From positions 654-64,653 of the forward strand of contig JBLFXH010000001.1 of the NCBI GenBank assembly GCA_047611125.1: a stretch of DNA of 64,000 bases, written 5' to 3'. Position numbers and translations under genes: made by a program. This document shows positions 44,919 through 53,342 of this stretch, one piece after another (the first letter of the stretch is position 1; the number at the start of each line of letters is the position of its first letter). The notes beneath the pieces are model-generated. The model searched no databases. It worked only from the letters and a program-made list of their open reading frames with translations, and was not told where the DNA came from. The DNA comes from Rhodothermales bacterium. GTDB taxonomy: Bacteria; Bacteroidota; Rhodothermia; Rhodothermales; UBA10348.

Positions 44919-46904
44919 TTACATCTCGGCGGCTAGCCTCGAGATGGCCTGGGCAAGCATCGTTGCCTTTCCGCTGTCTGCCGCACGAACGGCATCTGCG
45001 GAGACCTCGGTAGCCAAGGTCAGCAGCATGCGCTTCTGAGCGGCCGAAGAAGCAGACTTAGCCTGTCCGAGACTCGATCGAATTGCCATGATCCGGGAGC
45101 CGGAGAGGCCATTGCTGCGCTCCAGCTGATCCAGATAGGAACCCGCGAGTGCGAAGGAAGCCGGCCACGCGTACTGAGGCTGACCCTGAGCGTTCAGGTA
45201 GTCCAGCTTAACAGTCTTGGAGGCGGCGATCTCGTTGGCCGAGATCGCCGCACTCGGCGTGAGCTCGAAGATGTCCAGTCCGCGACCGATTTCGGAGCTG
45301 ACCATCACTCCGTTGTACCAGTAGACGGACCAGCTGCCGCCGTTACCCATCTGATTCGCGTCAATGGGCCCGCGATCGTGAAAGGCAATCTCGATGGCAT
45401 TCGAGGGATCCGTCCAATCGAAGATGGAAATACCGCCCTGATACCAAGACTGGACCATGACTTCGCGCCCCGGAATGGGAATCATGGAGCCGTTATGGGC
45501 AACGCAGTTCTCCACGGACGTCTGAGGTGCGGGGAGCTTGTAGTAGCTCTTGAAGTCCATCACGCCATCGTCAATTGTAAAGATGGCGTTGGCGCCCCAC
45601 TCCTTTGGATCCATTGCGCGGCACTTGGGCTGACCGCCTCCGCCCCACTCGTCCGTGAAGAGGACCTTGGCGCCGTCGTTGCTGAACGTGGCCGAGTGCC
45701 AGTAGGAGAAGTTGGAGTCGGCCACGGCATCCATCCGCTTTGGATTTTCAGGATCCCGGATGTCTAGGAGAAGACCGTAGCCCTCGCAGGCTCCGCCGGC
45801 AATCCCAAGCGCGGGGTAGAGCGTGATGTCGTGACACTGGGTCGGGCCTGGCGCAGGTCCCGCGTCTTCACCTTCTGCAGGGGGGGCACCGAACCGCTCA
45901 CGGATAATCGCCGGAAGCGCCTCGCGGAAGGCCGCAGAGTCGGCAGCCGTGGCTTCTCCAACGCCTCGCTCGGTCATGAAGCCGGCAAGCATCGGACCTA
46001 CGAACCGATCTGGAACGACGGTTTCCGAACCTCCGAAATCAACAATGAAGGCACCGCGTGCGCGTGCTTCTTCCAGTGCTGCTGCATCGGCCGGAGAGGC
46101 CCCGTGCTGGGGCGGTGCCACCAGGTTGTCAAAGATCCGAGGTGAACTCACGATGGCCGCGGCTGCAGGGTTGGCCAATGGCACTTTGATCACTTCGATC
46201 CTGAACAGGGCCGAGTTCGGATCCTCGTCCGGTGCTGCGTCTGAGCAGCCGGGCAGTTCTTCTTCAGGCCTCACGGGTGCCGAACCGGAGACATACACAT
46301 AGACATTATCGTCGTCGTTCGGGTCTTTCAAGACCGAATGTGTATGCGAACCGCGGCACGTCTGGACATTGCTCACGTACTCGGGATTCCGGATGTCGGC
46401 AATGTTGAAAATGCGGATACCGCGGAGGCGCTCAGCGCTCGCACGCTCCTCCACACCCTGAGCACCACAATCAAGCCGGCCTCCCGTACCCTCGCCGGAT
46501 ACGAACATCAAGTCCCCGTAGACAGAGACATCGCTTTGAGACGCCGGGCACACGTACTCGGTCACGAGCTCAGGCGAGCTCGGGTTGGAGATGTCCCAGA
46601 TGATGACGCCGTTGTAGTTGCCCTGAAGAGCGTACTGCCCCTTGAAGGCTAGGTCAGAGTTGGTGATGCCCACAAAAGCTTCGGGCGGGGGCGTGCTGGA
46701 GAGCAAGCTCATGTTCCAGATGGCTTCCTCGGCATCGAAGAGGCCGGCGCCCAGGCCAACGCGTGGATCTGGACTTGGTGGCGTAATCCGCATGGTTGCG
46801 GTGTTGTCCATGACGGACTTGGGTGCACAGGCGGAAAGGCCAAGTAGGCCTACCAGTGCCAGAACGAATGTATATCGCAAGGGAGTGGTTGGTGGGGACG
46901 CCAA
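44919..46904 (-). CDS. LVIVD-repeat beta-propeller lipoprotein
   Basis: Lipobox 'LLGLSAC'. Repeated units such as 'GVIIWDISNPSSPELV', 'GIRIFNIADIRNPEYV', 'GLLLDIRDPENPKR', 'GLDIFELTP'. An extra alpha-helical C-terminal tail of about 100 aa. Confidence 0.65.
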   Translation of the reverse strand: MASPPTTPLRYTFVLALVGLLGLSACAPKSVMDNTATMRITPPSPDPRVGLGAGLFDAEEAIWNMSLLSSTPPPEAFVGITNSDLAFKGQYALQGNYNGVIIWDISNPSSPELVTEYVCPASQSDVSVYGDLMFVSGEGTGGRLDCGAQGVEERASAERLRGIRIFNIADIRNPEYVSNVQTCRGSHTHSVLKDPNDDDNVYVYVSGSAPVRPEEELPGCSDAAPDEDPNSALFRIEVIKVPLANPAAAAIVSSPRIFDNLVAPPQHGASPADAAALEEARARGAFIVDFGGSETVVPDRFVGPMLAGFMTERGVGEATAADSAAFREALPAIIRERFGAPPAEGEDAGPAPGPTQCHDITLYPALGIAGGACEGYGLLLDIRDPENPKRMDAVADSNFSYWHSATFSNDGAKVLFTDEWGGGGQPKCRAMDPKEWGANAIFTIDDGVMDFKSYYKLPAPQTSVENCVAHNGSMIPIPGREVMVQSWYQGGISIFDWTDPSNAIEIAFHDRGPIDANQMGNGGSWSVYWYNGVMVSSEIGRGLDIFELTPSAAISANEIAASKTVKLDYLNAQGQPQYAWPASFALAGSYLDQLERSNGLSGSRIMAIRSSLGQAKSASSAAQKRMLLTLATEVSADAVRAADSGKATMLAQAISRLAAEM

Positions 46905-46910
46905 AAAGGT

Positions 46911-47567
46911 CTAGCGGTCCTGGGTGGTGGGGAATAACGAGTCGAGCATGCGCCTCATGCGGGCAATCTCGGTGATCTGGTCGACGTGAATGTCTGAGGA
47001 AAGTTTAAAGGCTGCCTCATCCTGTCCGGCCTCATCTTGGCCGAAGAGGTCGTCGACCATGGATACGGCACCCTGATGATGCTGGATCATATAAGTGAGG
47101 AACAGGCGATCGAAGTCGGGTCCGGAGCTGGACGCCAATTCTTCCAATTGCTCAGACGAGAGCATACCGGGCATCATCGTATGCTCGCCGCCGCCGTGAA
47201 TCATGAGCTGCGTTCCATCAATGTGGACTTCCGGCACAGTTTGATCCCGGTCACCCAGCCAGCGCTGCATGCTGGCAATTTCATCATTCTGCGCGTTGAT
47301 AATTCGGGCCGCGAGCGTTCGTACCTGAGAGCTTGAAGCCTGCTCAGGGGCCATCCGGGCCATTATCAGGGCTTGCGCATGGTGGCCGATCATGCCAGTC
47401 ATGAAGGCGACCTCGGCTTCCGTGAAGGACTGCCTTGCGCTGTCGAGGCGGGCCCAGTAGAGGGCCTCCAGGGCTTGGGTGTCAGCCTGAGAGGAGGAGG
47501 CCTGGTTGCTGCCGGCGCAGCCTGCCAAAAAGCAGGCCGCTAAACCGATGCTTAGGAGTCGATGCAT
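46911..47567 (-). CDS. DUF305-family protein (lipoprotein; putative periplasmic metal-binding four-helix protein)
   Basis: Lipobox 'FLAGC'. Duplicated 'HH' helices 'MIGHHAQALIMARMA' and 'MIQHHQGAVSMVDDL'. Met/His-rich loop 'HGGGEHTMMPGM'. Confidence 0.7.
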   Translation of the reverse strand: MHRLLSIGLAACFLAGCAGSNQASSSQADTQALEALYWARLDSARQSFTEAEVAFMTGMIGHHAQALIMARMAPEQASSSQVRTLAARIINAQNDEIASMQRWLGDRDQTVPEVHIDGTQLMIHGGGEHTMMPGMLSSEQLEELASSSGPDFDRLFLTYMIQHHQGAVSMVDDLFGQDEAGQDEAAFKLSSDIHVDQITEIARMRRMLDSLFPTTQDR

Positions 47568-47733
47568 GCAAAGGAAAAGAGAGAGTGGCTGCCAACCCGA
47601 ATGCTAGCGCTAGGTTCGGTTAGTGAAAGGCCACTGCTGCGGCGTTTCCCTTTCCGTTTCACTTGGGCAATCCGGGAGCTAACGATACCGTTGAAACCCG
47701 TACGGCTGACATCATTATTGGATGCGGTCATTT

Positions 47734-47807
47734 CGGGGTGTAGCGCAGCCCGGTAGCGCGCCTCGTTCGGGACGAGGAGGTTGTGGGTTCAAATCCCGCC
47801 ATCCCGA
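47734..47807 (+). tRNA. tRNA-Pro (anticodon CGG)
   Basis: Manual cloverleaf: acceptor CGGGGTG/CATCCCG, D-arm GCGC-AGCCCGGTA-GCGC, anticodon arm CCTCG-TTCGGGA-CGAGG (anticodon CGG), variable loop AGGTT, T-arm GTGGG-TTCAAAT-CCCGC, discriminator A. CCA is not encoded. Confidence 0.9.
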
Positions 47808-47885
47808 CGCAAGGCGGTCCGTCTGAATTCAGGCGGGCGGTCTTTTTGCATACCTCTGGTGCCAACTGTCCAGCGCCGCGGTCGG

Positions 47886-48521
47886 CTACTGGAGGGGCTC
47901 CGCAAAGGCTGCAGCGAGCCTTTCGAAAAACCGCCCCACGTGCAATCCGTCCATCAGAGCGTGATGGACGGTCACCGAGACGGGCATCATTAGCCGTCCC
48001 TCGCGCTCTTCGAACCGGCCGAAGACCAGCTTTGGGACCGAGTCTTCGCGTCCCCATTTTCGGGGGTGGCTGACACTGGTAAAGGAAACCCAGGGCACCC
48101 AGGAAAAATGGATCATGTCCGTTCGATCCCAACGCGGGTCCATCTCCTGCGGGGGGGCGTCAAGCGCTTTTCTGCCGGCATCCATGCTGGCGAGGAATAG
48201 CTGCAGGTCCTCACTGTACTCGAAGTAGAGGAACGCGAAGCTGTCATCGTCCAGGAGTGTTGTTGTCGAGCCGTGAATGATCTTGTTCACCACAACGCGG
48301 CCCTTCTCGAGTCGATACCGAAACGGCTCGCAGGCATTTACCACACCCATCGTCTTGAAAAGCACGGCTCGAGAGAACGGGATGCCAGCGGACTTGGCCC
48401 CCCTTCTCAGGTCCGTGACATCCACGGGGGCCGTGATATCAAAGAAAGGATTGTCGAAGTCCCGGAAGTATTCGAATGCCGCCTTCCGCGACCAGCTCTC
48501 TATGTCCAGATACTCAGGCAT
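47886..48521 (-). CDS. Chloramphenicol-acetyltransferase (type A CAT) family protein
   Basis: Start trimmed to ATG 48521 (MPEYLDIESW). Catalytic-site region 'VSVTVHHALMDGLHVGRFF', 'PFFDIT', 'FSWVPWVSFTS'. Confidence 0.75.
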   Translation of the reverse strand: MPEYLDIESWSRKAAFEYFRDFDNPFFDITAPVDVTDLRRGAKSAGIPFSRAVLFKTMGVVNACEPFRYRLEKGRVVVNKIIHGSTTTLLDDDSFAFLYFEYSEDLQLFLASMDAGRKALDAPPQEMDPRWDRTDMIHFSWVPWVSFTSVSHPRKWGREDSVPKLVFGRFEEREGRLMMPVSVTVHHALMDGLHVGRFFERLAAAFAEPLQ

Positions 48522-48593
48522 GTTGACCTGACAATACACACTTTTTGACCATCACCCAGACAGTCGGGGCAAAAGTATTTACGCACACATGCG

Positions 48594-48623
48594 TTGACAC
48601 ACATATAGTACACATATTATAGT
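48594..48623 (+). promoter_or_regulatory. Near-consensus sigma70-type promoter upstream of the imuB-like gene
   Basis: TTGACA (48594-48599), 18-nt spacer, TATAGT (48618-48623). Lies inside an unusually AT-rich patch about 25 nt before the ORF start. Confidence 0.45.
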
Positions 48624-48647
48624 AGGGGTCCCACCTGTCCGTAGCTA

Positions 48648-49844
48648 TTGCTGCGGGCAATCACTCCACCCCACCAGGCGTGTCCGTTGACTGGTTGTTT
48701 TACGATTAAGCAGTACCCTGCATGGGCATTGTCTCTGGTCAAGCGATGTGACCCTCGACGTCCTCTAGTCGTGCAGGAAGATGCGCACATCATTGCGCTC
48801 AACCGTCACGCTACGGCCGCCGGACTGGAGGTAGGAATGACCGCGACACGCGCCCGATCTCTGTGTCCGTCAGCCATTCTGCTTCTACGAGACGCGGTAT
48901 CAGAGTACTGTGCGTGGGAGCATGTGATAGAGCAGATCCATAGGATCACACCGTTTCTGGAGAGCACGCAGCCGGTGGCGTGGTTCGATGCCCTCGCGCC
49001 TGAGATTCGCGAGACAGCTTCGCGGCTGCGGGCCTGTGTGGGGTTTGCTCCGGACCGGACGACGGCGCATCTCGCGGCAGTCTGGTCCGCTTCCGGAAGA
49101 ACCACCGCTATTCCCAAGCAGAAGGTTGACGCCTTTCTGGATGCCTTCCCGAGCCGGCTGCTCGTGGAGGCCGGGTTCAGTGAAGCGCTCGCCGACGGGC
49201 TGGAGCTACTGGGATGCACAAGACTGGGCCCGGCCCGCCGACTCAACAAACGGCAGATCGTGCTGGCATTCGGCAAGGAGGGGGAACGACTTCACACCGC
49301 ATTGCACCCGTCTGCGTCCAAGCGCGTCTCGACATTCCATCCGGCCCCCACCGTACGTAGGCACTTCGAACTGGAAGCACCCTGTAGTCAGGCAGGTGAC
49401 CTGCTCCCGATCGTGAGCCAGCTGACGGAGAAGGTGGCTCGCGCCATGAAGGAGCAGTTTGCCGGACAGATCCGGATTGTCCTTCATCTGGAGGGCAACC
49501 GTCCCTGCCATGGGTCGCGTGTGCTGCCGCATCCCACTTCACGGGCCGATACCCTCGAACGATTCGCCCTCCGCCTTGGCGCGGAGATGCTGGGCCGCCT
49601 GCATCAAGAGTCCCGGACCAATGAATCACGGCCCATCGACATTGACCGCATTGACCTAATCCTGGCAAGCCTGATGACCGGTGACCTGGTGCAGGCATCT
49701 CTGTTTGGCGAGAAGCTCAGGCAGGTGACCAGTGCCGTGGGTGATGTCCACCGGAAGTACCCCAATGCCATCAAGCGTAGCGTGGTGAGAGCGGGCGCCC
49801 ACTTCCACGAGGACCGCTTCGGGATGAACACCTGGGGGACATGA
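48648..49844 (+). CDS. imuB: ImuB-like Y-family DNA polymerase homolog (mutasome accessory subunit)
   Basis: Y-family-like N-terminus 'VVQEDAHIIALNRHATAAGLEVGMTATRARSLCP'. Sits directly upstream of dnaE2. The start is uncertain: TTG 48648, or an in-frame TTG about 40 nt downstream. Confidence 0.7.
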   Translation: MLRAITPPHQACPLTGCFTIKQYPAWALSLVKRCDPRRPLVVQEDAHIIALNRHATAAGLEVGMTATRARSLCPSAILLLRDAVSEYCAWEHVIEQIHRITPFLESTQPVAWFDALAPEIRETASRLRACVGFAPDRTTAHLAAVWSASGRTTAIPKQKVDAFLDAFPSRLLVEAGFSEALADGLELLGCTRLGPARRLNKRQIVLAFGKEGERLHTALHPSASKRVSTFHPAPTVRRHFELEAPCSQAGDLLPIVSQLTEKVARAMKEQFAGQIRIVLHLEGNRPCHGSRVLPHPTSRADTLERFALRLGAEMLGRLHQESRTNESRPIDIDRIDLILASLMTGDLVQASLFGEKLRQVTSAVGDVHRKYPNAIKRSVVRAGAHFHEDRFGMNTWGT

Positions 49845-50080
49845 AGAAACGCACTATAAAGGCGGAAGTGTGGTTTGACGGAAGTCACCCGATGATCCTG
49901 CAACGAGAGGGGTGGGCTGAGCCCATCCAGGCGGTTATTGAGCGTTGGGATGTACGGGGGAGGTGGTGGGCATCCGACACGCAGCGCCATTACATGACGG
50001 TGCGAACGGAGCGGGGCACCTTTGAACTCTGTGGTGACCGAAGCACACGTAACTGGATCATCACAGTGGTGTACGACTGA
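49841..50080 (+). CDS. Small protein resembling the detached C-terminal module of ImuB (DUF6504-like)
   Basis: 79 aa. 'IERWDVRGRWWASDTQRHYMTVRTERGTFELCGDRSTRNWIITVVYD' resembles the conserved ImuB C-terminal 'WW...RDY..V....G...W......W.l.G' block. ATGA overlap upstream and TGATG overlap downstream. Confidence 0.55.
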   Translation: MKKRTIKAEVWFDGSHPMILQREGWAEPIQAVIERWDVRGRWWASDTQRHYMTVRTERGTFELCGDRSTRNWIITVVYD

Positions 50081-53000
50081 TGTTTGCCCACCTCCACACC
50101 CGAAGCTGGTTTTCCTTCCAGGCAGGAGGGTCTCCGCCAGAAGCGCTACCGGAAGCCGCTGTCAAACAGGGAGTCCAGGCCGTTGCTCTGACCGAGCGCC
50201 ACGGCACGTACGGGGTAGTCCGGTTTCAGCGTGCCTGCCAGCAACTGGGTGTTCAGCACATCTTCGGAGCGGAGGTCCCGGTTGATGGCCACGATCTTGT
50301 ACTCATTGCCAGTAACAGGGAGGGGTATGCGAATATCTGTTGGCTGCTCACACAAGCGCACCTCCGGTCCAGGGAAGAGCCAACGGCTACTCTGGCAGAG
50401 CTCGCCTCGGCCCACGAAAACATCTTCTGCCTCACCGGGACAGAGGCTGGCCCCATCTATCCGCTCCTTCAACACTTCAAGCATCAGGAGGCTGCCCGTT
50501 GGGTGCACACCCTCTACGACATATTCGGAGAACGCCTGTCACTCGAGGTAACCCATCAGCGTCGGAAAGGCGATGATCGACGGCTCGCCCACCTGCTCCA
50601 GTTGGCCAGGCAGACGGGGGTCCCCCCGGTAGCTACGGGCGATGTGCGGTTTGCCGTACCGGGTGACTACTGGCGGTACGATCTCCTGACCTGCGTCCGC
50701 CACGGGATCACAGTCTTCGATGACCATCCGGAGCGTCCATCCAATTCGATGGCTTACCTCCAGGCCGAAGCCGAGCTGCTGCGCAGGGGACTTCCAAAGG
50801 AAGCCATCCACCGTTCGGGCGAGATCGCCCAGATGTGCAAGGTGGATTTGATACCCGGCCACATCATACCGCCGGGAACGAAACTGCCGGAAGGCGTCAC
50901 CTCCGTAGACCTCCTCAAGAAGAAGGCGAATCTGGCCTTCGAAGAGAAGTACTCGCCCGGCTCGCCTAATCGGGTGGCAGCGCGCCAGCGGCTGGACAAG
51001 GAGCTCCATGTGATTGTTGACCTGGATGTTCAGGAGTTCTTCCTGGTGGTAAAGGAAGTGGTTGATGAGGCACGCCGCCGCGGCATCCGCTGCCTGGGAA
51101 GGGGCTCGGCAGCCAACTCTATCGTGACTTACCTGCTTGGGATTACGGTGGTCTGTCCCATCGACCACAACCTTCTCTTTGAGCGCTTCCTCCATCGCGG
51201 CCGACAGGGGACGCCCGATATCGACCTGGACTTTGATTCGAGTCGCCGGATGGAAATCATCGAGTGGATGGAGGAGCGCTTTGGGATGGACCATACGGCG
51301 ATGGCGGCCACGATTGATCGATACCTGACAAAGTCGGCGGTCCAGGACACGGCCAAGGCGCTTGGCTGGCCCGCCGAGATGGCCGTTCAGATGTCGAAGG
51401 GCTGTGGCCACGCGCTCCCAAGCGACGAGGAAAACGCGGCGCACATCAGGTCAGTGGCCGGAGGTGACTCTCCCCTGCTCGAGATCCTGATCAAGGCCGC
51501 CACCAACCTGGTGGGATGCCCTCGCCATCTGGGCCAGCACTCTGGAGGCATGGTGCTCACGCGTCAGCCCATCCGGTACTTTACGCCCCTGCAGGTTTCG
51601 GCGAATGGAGTCCGCGTGGTCCAGTTTGACAAGGACGACCTCGAGTGGTTGGGTCTGGTTAAGCTGGACGTGCTGGCTCTTCGAATGCTGGGGACGGTGT
51701 CTGAGGCCACCATGATTGCCAATGACCTTGCGCCCGACGACGAGCCCATCGTACTGGATGAACTCCCCCTGGATGACCCAGACGTGTATGACATGATCTG
51801 CGAAGGCGACGTACTGGGGCTCTTCCAGATCGAATCCCCCGCGCAGCAGAGTGCGGGATCCAGAATCCAGTCGCGCAACATGCAGGATCTGATCAAACAG
51901 ATCTCTCTAGTTCGTCCGGGCCCCATTCAGGGAGGGCTGATGCACCCGTTCATCCGGCGTCACCGGGGATTGGAGAAGGTCCGGTATGACCACCCCATCC
52001 TTGAGCGCATTCTGGAGGACACCTACGGGGTGATCATTTTTCAGGAGCAGGTCCTGGAGGTAGCGCACCAGTTTGCCGGCTGGTCACTGGACCGGGCGGA
52101 CTCGTTCCGCCGATTGATGTCCAAGTTCAGAGACCCCGGTGAGATGGAGTCGATGCGCGAAGGATTTGTCCAGTCTTCGATGGAGACGAATGATGTCCCC
52201 GAAGAGGCGGCAAACAGGGTCTTCGATCAGGTATCTAAGTTTGTGGGCTACGGGTTCTGTCGGTCTCACGCGGCGTCGTTTGCCTTGACCGTCTATCACA
52301 GCGCGTATCTGAAGCGGCATCATCCGGAGGCCTTCTTTGCGGGACTGATGCAGCACAGGCCGGGCATGTATGCGCAGATGACGCTTGAGCAGGACGCGCG
52401 GAGGCATGGTGTACTGGTCCTGGTGCCGGACATCAACAAGTCAGGCCTTCGCTATCAGTTGGAGGAGGTCGAAGGCAAGTTGGCCATTCGGAAGCCACTG
52501 ACGTCGGTGAAAGGCGTACAGGGGTCCTTGGCCGAGGTATCGGTACTGGAACGGGAGCTGCAGTCCTTCGCGTCCCTAGAGGAGTTCTTTCACCGTATTC
52601 CGGTGGATGAAAAGCAACTCAAGGCGCTGGTTCAGTCGGGCGCCTTTGACTCCCTGGAGGGATCCAACCGCACGGCGCTGTACAAGATGAAGGTGCTAGT
52701 GCAGCAGTTCCAGAAGGGCGGGGCCAACGCACAGGGAACGTTGCTTGATACAACGAGCATGCGTGCGGCTGATCTGCCGGCGCTTCCGGGGATTACCCTT
52801 CATAAGAGGCTGGAGTGGGATCTGGCGACGCACTCTGGTCCTCGCGTCCATCCTATGGTGGTACTGAGAAGAAGCCTGGTATATCACGAAGTGCGACCCA
52901 TCTCTTTTGTGCAGCAGTTCGGGAAGACGCTCCCCTATGATGAGCGCCGGCCGCCCATGACCACCGTGTCCGGCCTAGTTATGTTCAGGCAGCGACCAGG

Positions 53001-53295
53001 GACTGCCAACGGGACCATGTTCATCTTTTTGGAGGATGAATCAGGGTTCATTCAGTGCATCTGCCGCCCGAAATGTCGTCAGCGATTTCGTGAGGAGCTC
53101 AAGCAAAGCGCGCTGATCATTCGGGGAAGAGTCCAGGTAACGGGCCCCTGGCGAGGCATCATGGTGGATCATGTTTCGACGTTGAAGGGGGTCATTGGCG
53201 GATATCAAGGTCGCCACGGAGGGCCGACATACGGACGAGAGAACAGGGTCACAGTATTCGGGGAAGCGGTAGGAGAGCCCGGGTTGCAGTCCTGA
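50080..53295 (+). CDS. dnaE2: Error-prone DNA polymerase III alpha-subunit paralog DnaE2
   Basis: 1071 aa. PHP N-terminus 'FAHLHTRSWFSFQAGGS'. Pol III alpha core 'PDIDLDF', 'HLGQHSGGMVL', 'GLVKLDVLALRML', 'VRPGPIQGG', 'IIFQEQV'. Coupled to the imuB-like gene. Confidence 0.9.
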   Translation: MFAHLHTRSWFSFQAGGSPPEALPEAAVKQGVQAVALTERHGTYGVVRFQRACQQLGVQHIFGAEVPVDGHDLVLIASNREGYANICWLLTQAHLRSREEPTATLAELASAHENIFCLTGTEAGPIYPLLQHFKHQEAARWVHTLYDIFGERLSLEVTHQRRKGDDRRLAHLLQLARQTGVPPVATGDVRFAVPGDYWRYDLLTCVRHGITVFDDHPERPSNSMAYLQAEAELLRRGLPKEAIHRSGEIAQMCKVDLIPGHIIPPGTKLPEGVTSVDLLKKKANLAFEEKYSPGSPNRVAARQRLDKELHVIVDLDVQEFFLVVKEVVDEARRRGIRCLGRGSAANSIVTYLLGITVVCPIDHNLLFERFLHRGRQGTPDIDLDFDSSRRMEIIEWMEERFGMDHTAMAATIDRYLTKSAVQDTAKALGWPAEMAVQMSKGCGHALPSDEENAAHIRSVAGGDSPLLEILIKAATNLVGCPRHLGQHSGGMVLTRQPIRYFTPLQVSANGVRVVQFDKDDLEWLGLVKLDVLALRMLGTVSEATMIANDLAPDDEPIVLDELPLDDPDVYDMICEGDVLGLFQIESPAQQSAGSRIQSRNMQDLIKQISLVRPGPIQGGLMHPFIRRHRGLEKVRYDHPILERILEDTYGVIIFQEQVLEVAHQFAGWSLDRADSFRRLMSKFRDPGEMESMREGFVQSSMETNDVPEEAANRVFDQVSKFVGYGFCRSHAASFALTVYHSAYLKRHHPEAFFAGLMQHRPGMYAQMTLEQDARRHGVLVLVPDINKSGLRYQLEEVEGKLAIRKPLTSVKGVQGSLAEVSVLERELQSFASLEEFFHRIPVDEKQLKALVQSGAFDSLEGSNRTALYKMKVLVQQFQKGGANAQGTLLDTTSMRAADLPALPGITLHKRLEWDLATHSGPRVHPMVVLRRSLVYHEVRPISFVQQFGKTLPYDERRPPMTTVSGLVMFRQRPGTANGTMFIFLEDESGFIQCICRPKCRQRFREELKQSALIIRGRVQVTGPWRGIMVDHVSTLKGVIGGYQGRHGGPTYGRENRVTVFGEAVGEPGLQS

Positions 53296-53342
53296 TAGAC
53301 ACTTGATATATTAGTGATATACATTACCAATCGCGCCACGCC

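Noticed and set aside
47586-47635. Imperfect nested stem (GTGGC...GCCAC with inner CCGAA/TTCGG) between the DUF305 gene and tRNA-Pro, considered as a riboswitch or sRNA
   Set aside because: The pairing is weak and interrupted, with no recognisable riboswitch core. It lies in a divergent promoter region where such partial symmetry is common.
48146-48156. G7 homopolymer tracts inside coding regions: the CAT-family gene near 48148, and the LVIVD gene near 45876, as possible phase-variation sites
   Set aside because: The tracts are short, in frame with intact ORFs, and expected by chance in Pro/Gly-rich GC-rich coding sequence.
50539-51444. 301-aa ORF on the minus strand
   Set aside because: Antisense to dnaE2, whose frame carries clear Pol III alpha motifs. 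Shadow ORF.
47808-53295. Possible genomic island integrated at tRNA-Pro
   Set aside because: No integrase or recombinase, no direct repeat of the tRNA 3' end downstream, and no clear compositional shift. The genes are ordinary chromosomal functions. Kept only as a low-interest note.
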